A DNA stretch of 54,128 nucleotides, the filler included, from Sphacelaria rigidula (Eukaryota): the NCBI GenBank assembly GCA_964200075.2. It is 5 parts of 5 records of this genome, joined end to end, with 100 filler letters (N's around TTAATTAATTAA, not from the genome) between each part and the next. Parts side by side here need not be neighbours in the genome. Positions count along the whole stretch, not along the records: positions 43,384 to 54,128 come from CAXNAA020005984.1; 4 more parts are not named here. One strand, 5' to 3'. Below the pieces are notes generated by a model that searched no databases, was not told where the DNA came from, and saw nothing but the letters and a program-made list of their open reading frames with translations. This document shows, piece after piece, positions 50,101-54,128 of this stretch. Every line of letters begins with the position of its first letter. Positions within the stretch are counted from its first letter, which is position 1. The position numbers and the translations under genes are program-made.

Positions 50101-53100
50101 GCCATCTTCCAAGGCCCCCACAACAACGAATCAATGATTCCCTTCCCTATCCCAAGCGTTAAGAAGATGTCAACACTCCACAGGATGTCACCGGTGCAAA
50201 CTCGTACGTGACTTGGGCTTTCGAACAGAAACTCTGCGAAGTAGAATTAACTCGGTACCGGTGACACCTTGTGTACTGTTGAACATCTTCGCGCTTGGGA
50301 TGGGGAGGGAAATACTTCATGTGTTTTTGTGGAGGCCTCAAAGGAAAGCTGGAAAAAATCATGTTGCGCGCCACTATGTTTGAGGGAGTATTCTAGGCTT
50401 CGGTTGACATCCTCGGCAGGGAAAAGAAAAAAAACGTTTATTTGGCTAGCTAAGGTTTGGGTGACGAGGGAAACAACTGGTTTCTCATGCAACATCTTCG
50501 TCCGCCGCACTCGAAAATTATGATGTGTCCGCAATTCTTAAGTCGACCGCGCCTGCCTCGCTTACCTGAGCTAGTTGTGCCGGAGCGGCGGCCGTAGGCA
50601 CCGTGTCGGAGTACGATCCGTTCGCCGGCTCTTCCTCTCTCAAGAAAAAACAGGCGGGAGTCGGAGTATCCGTGACGTCATGCAGCGGCGGCTCCGGGGT
50701 CAGGGACTGTGTGTACCTTTCCAATTCGACTTGCTCTGCCGACTTTGGGGGGGGCTTCTTTCCCTTCTTCACGGGCTTACGTCCCACCTTCTTCTTTGCT
50801 TTTGTCACCACCGGCGGCGCAGGAGAAGGCACCGGTGCAGGTACCGGCGCTGCTGCAGTAGCTATCGCCGTCGCGGTCGTCGCTCTAACCGGCGCTGCCG
50901 CCGCTGTTCCCGACCCAGGCGCTTGCTGCTCGATGGTTGGACCTGGCGAAGTAGCATTCGCTTCACTTTGATCCACGTTGGGGGGCGGAACGGCTACCCT
51001 CGTCTTCTTGCCTGCACTTTCGGTCGGCACCGCCGGCGGCAGCTCGGTTGCAACCGCGGGCGACGGCTGGACAGCAGATGCTGATGCGGTGTCGTCGCGC
51101 TGGTGATGATTTTGTCCTGGGGTCGAAGCGACCACTTTGACTCTTTTGAATCCCCTCCCCTCGTCAGCGATCGCCGCCATCACCGCTGTACGTTCTTCCA
51201 CACCAACCTCTTTTTCCTCAGCGTCTGCTCCATATTGTCTCTCCGCCGTCATCGCTCTATGTTCTTCGACACTCACACCTTCTTCAGCTTCTACTTCTTG
51301 TTGTCCTTTTGCCTCCCCCCCTGCGCTCCACTTTCTTTTCTTACCGCCCTTCACGCGATCTTCGTCAACGCAACCTCCGATGCTGGCACGAGCTGAAAAC
51401 TCCGACATCTCCCCACTATTCCCACTATCCCCCCTGTCCCCACTATGAACGGTGTAAATCGGTGCATGAACGGTCACTTTAGCCACCGCCGCTGTCGCCG
51501 TCGCCGCTCGTACCGAACTCTCACCACCAGATCTGCCGCCACACGCGCCGTCAGGGTCAGAGGGAGGCGCTGCATTGCTGTTGTCTGGATCTATCGTGGA
51601 TTTCTTCGTCTTTTGCGCTGTCGTCAACATACCACCACTTGCTGCCACGCTGCTGCCGCCGCCGAGGATAGCAGAACACACCGCCTTGCCTTTGCTCCCA
51701 CTCTTAGTTGTCTTCCGCTTGCTCTTCTTGTCCACAACCGAAACATCCTCGCCATTGCCTGCTGCGCTGCGTTCACCGCCTCCCCAGCTTGCATGGAGGG
51801 AGGTTGTGGGCGCCGGGGCAGAACCAACTGCTACTGCCGCCGTTCCCATCCCTACCGATGTTTTGTTTCTGAATGTACCACCGCTGGCACCGTCGGGGGC
51901 GGAATGAGGCGCCGCTTTGCCCTTCACCGTGCCTTTGGTAACCTTACCCTTGGCTACCGTACCCTTGGCTACCTTGCCCTTGGCTGCTTTGGGGGCCGGG
52001 CGTCGCGATTTTGCGATGGGACCGAATTGTTCAGAGACCAGCTGGAGCATGGCCTCTTGCACAGATGGTTCCAGTGTTGGTATATCGATGGAGGTCCCCT
52101 GTCTACCACTAACAGCGCCACGCCCAAAGTCCTTGCTAGCGTATAAAGTAGCTTCATCACGAGCGGTGGTCGGCGATGGTGTCGCTTCAGCGGGGGCTGA
52201 GGTTCCGACGGCGGTGTTTTTGATACTGCTGGTGTTGGCGTGGCCGGTTCGCGCCCTACCCTTCGAGACGGAAACAGCGGAAGCCCCGTCTGCAGCACCC
52301 TTCCCCGATACTTTTCCCACCGCCTTCTCCCTTCTCTGGCCGCGCGTGGCTAGCGGAGAGAACAAAAGCACTGCGGGCGCGGCTCCCCCGGGTTGACGCG
52401 TCTTCACACTCTTGCTCTTCATCTTCATATCATCCGTCCCAGAATTTTCAGCCGTGGAGCTCACGTCATCCTTTTTCCCGTTCGGTGGTGCACCCGGCGT
52501 CGGCTTCTTTTTGTTGTTACATGTATAAGCGGATACGACGGGTGGTGCCGATACAGCCAGTGCAGCCACCGCTCCTCCCGTCTTTCCTACTGCTATGCCG
52601 CCTACGCCTTCTTTGTCTACCGGGGTAACGACATGGCCATTGGTGCCAGGTGCCGCGGCAGGACGTTTCGAGCCAATCTTCCTAATCCTCTTCGAGCGCT
52701 GCCGTGCGCTCTCCGAGTCAGCGATCGACAACTGCAAAAAAAATGCATCCGCGCCTTCGACGTCGCTGCCTTGCTCTGCCAGACGCGGCGATCTTCTTGT
52801 TCCCAAGTTTTGTTCGGGAGTAAACTTCCGCTTCCGTCCGGTCAACACACCACCGCGCTTGGACCCACCACTTTCGGCGCGGCTGCTGTCGCTTTGCGCG
52901 GGCGGCGGCAGTTGCGCCGGCTCATTGCGAGCTCCGGCCGTAGGTTGACCTCCCTCGATGCTAGCGTCGCTCTTGCTGTTGCTGCTGCTGTGGCTGTTCG
53001 GTACATATACTCCGGTTGGAGCAGTCACCGCAGGCGGGGGCTTGGATGCCGGCGACGGCGAATGTTGTTGACAAGAAGAGAACTCACGGGATTCATGAAC

Positions 53101-53161
53101 TGGTTCCGTGTCGCGGCGTCCATGCGGCGGTGCTGCTGACTCGGCGTCTGCCCCGGCACAA
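44115..53161 (-). CDS. MPN/JAB (JAMM)-domain protein, MPND/MYSM1-like, partial; exons ~53161-50566, 46555-46424, 45111-45055, 44231-44115
   Basis: Phase-0 joins give ...HNLIPPQ|VYGEKGGYFEHVQQPFRVE|VHPNVLFVADVHAYAMDAAEIIGILAGRFDPAKNVLHVQ, resembling the N-terminus of MPND/MYSM1 MPN domains (QPFxVxV...DxHxH...E[VI][IV]GxLxG). The 836-aa open frame ends at CAG|gtaagc (50566). Linking the big exon to the MPN exons is inferred from strand and phase, and both gene ends are off-contig. Confidence 0.75.
45571..45790. mobile_element. MITE (~220 bp) with repeated CCTC(C/T)GGAGG palindromes
   Basis: Ends CACACGCGGCCACTTGGCTA and TAGCCAAATGGCTGCGTGTG are near-perfect inverted repeats. Confidence 0.7.
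48060..48778. mobile_element. Possible Tc1/mariner (Stowaway-like) non-autonomous element
   Basis: TA-CTCCCTCTGCCCCCATAA...TTATGGGGGGGGGGCGGGTG-TA: degenerate TIRs with TA flanks. Confidence 0.45.
48779..49000 (-). mobile_element. Non-LTR retrotransposon (LINE) 3' fragment
   Basis: KEHLKMYGGLREGTGLKRYLHDPIEY resembles LINE ORF2 C-terminal remnants (from recall, not searched). 48930-48997 is duplicated at 47967-48041. Confidence 0.45.
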
Positions 53162-53226
53162 CTGTTACGTCGAATGCATGGACGAAGCAGGAAAGACGGA
53201 GTGGGGCGTCATGGATGCGAGTACTT

Positions 53227-53811
53227 TAAGGGCAGGTCGAGTAGAGTATACTCAATACTCAGTATTTTTAAAGAAGCATACTTCTAGTACTCGGAGTTTG
53301 AGTAGAGTATTTGGGGTCGTACTCAAGTGATACTATATACTCAAGTATTACTGAGAGTGCTTACTCAATATTTGAGTGGAGTATTTGAGGTCGTCCTCGA
53401 TCTACTTAAAATTTGAGTAAGGCATTTGAGACCATACTCAACGTACTCGAAATTTGAGTAGAGGATTTGAGACCATACTCGACCTACTCAAAATTTGAGC
53501 ATTGACGTCATACTCGAGTATCACTGAGAGTGCTTACTCGATATTTGAGTAGAGTATGTGGGGTCGTACTCGGCTTACCCAAAATTCTAGGCGAGTATTT
53601 GAGGCTGTACTCGACCTACTCAAAATTTGAGTAGAGTATTGAGGTCATACTCAAGTAATACTCTATACTCAAGTATTACTGAGAGTGCTTACGCAGAATT
53701 TGAGTAGAGTATTTGAGGCCGTACTCAACCTACTCAAACGTCGAGTAGAGTAAGCACTTGAGTATATTACTCGAGTACTCAAGAGTACATACTCTACTCG
53801 ACCTACCCTTG
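53227..53811. mobile_element. hAT-like MITE filled with TACTC/GAGTA repeats (585 bp)
   Basis: TIRs AAGGGCAGGTCGAGTAGAGTAT and ATACTCTACTCGACCTACCCTT. Flanks GAGTACTT and AAGTAATT match 6/8. The interior is made of ~40-bp units of paired mini-palindromes. Confidence 0.85.
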
Positions 53812-54128
53812 AAGTAATTTGAGCTCAGAGAAACATTGAATTCTGTGCATAGTGGCTACCCACGCAATCTCAGCTGAAAACACAGCCACAAAAATAGGGA
53901 ACCACGCTGTGGCAGTTACGCCTCAGTGTACCCAAGGGTGGTGTATTTTCATTTCAAAAGGAACATAACCCCCCAACGTTAAAAAAATCGAGGCAAAAAA
54001 GGAAAAAGGGGGTTCGTCAGGGGGGGTTGGGCGCCGGGCGGCGAGCCTGCGCTAGTTACTTGAATTTAGTGTAGCGGTAGACTACTTGACTTTAGTGTAC
54101 TTGTAAACAACTTGATCTTAGTGTAATC

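Noticed and set aside
50575-53139. Plus-strand ORFs overlapping the large exon
   Set aside because: They are antisense shadows of a GC-rich coding sequence.
53227-53811. CRISPR array
   Set aside because: There are no unique spacers or cas genes, the context is eukaryotic, and the array is bounded by TIRs and a TSD-like duplication.

Overview
Eukaryotic, intron-rich, repeat-rich DNA, most likely from a brown alga (Phaeophyceae, Ectocarpus-like; the taxon is an inference). The window is not one locus. It is five contigs of near-identical length (10746, 10746, 10746, 10745, 10745 bp) joined by identical 100-nt N44-TTAATTAATTAA-N44 spacers, so adjacency across spacers is artificial. Contig 1 (1-10746): five exons of a mitochondrial-carrier (SLC25) gene with degenerate signature motifs, plus piggyBac-type MITEs. 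Contig 2 (10847-21592): seven exons of phosphomannomutase (minus strand, first exon missing, one GC-AG intron). One PMM intron holds a 2026-bp hAT-type non-autonomous element carrying CCAAT/TATA motifs followed by a ~610-nt G.U-biased fold-back, a candidate transposon-borne hairpin-RNA gene and the most interesting signal here. Contig 3 (21693-32438): a decayed Ty3/Gypsy element whose RT is split by two hAT insertions, one complete with TIRs, perfect 8-bp TSD and an intron-containing transposase. Contig 4 (32539-43283): the last seven exons of XPD/ERCC2, then a nested stack of hAT-MITE, tRNA-SINE, Gypsy remnant and MITE. Contig 5 (43384-54128): part of an MPN/JAB-domain (MPND/MYSM1-like) gene with a ~2.6-kb low-complexity exon, plus several MITEs.
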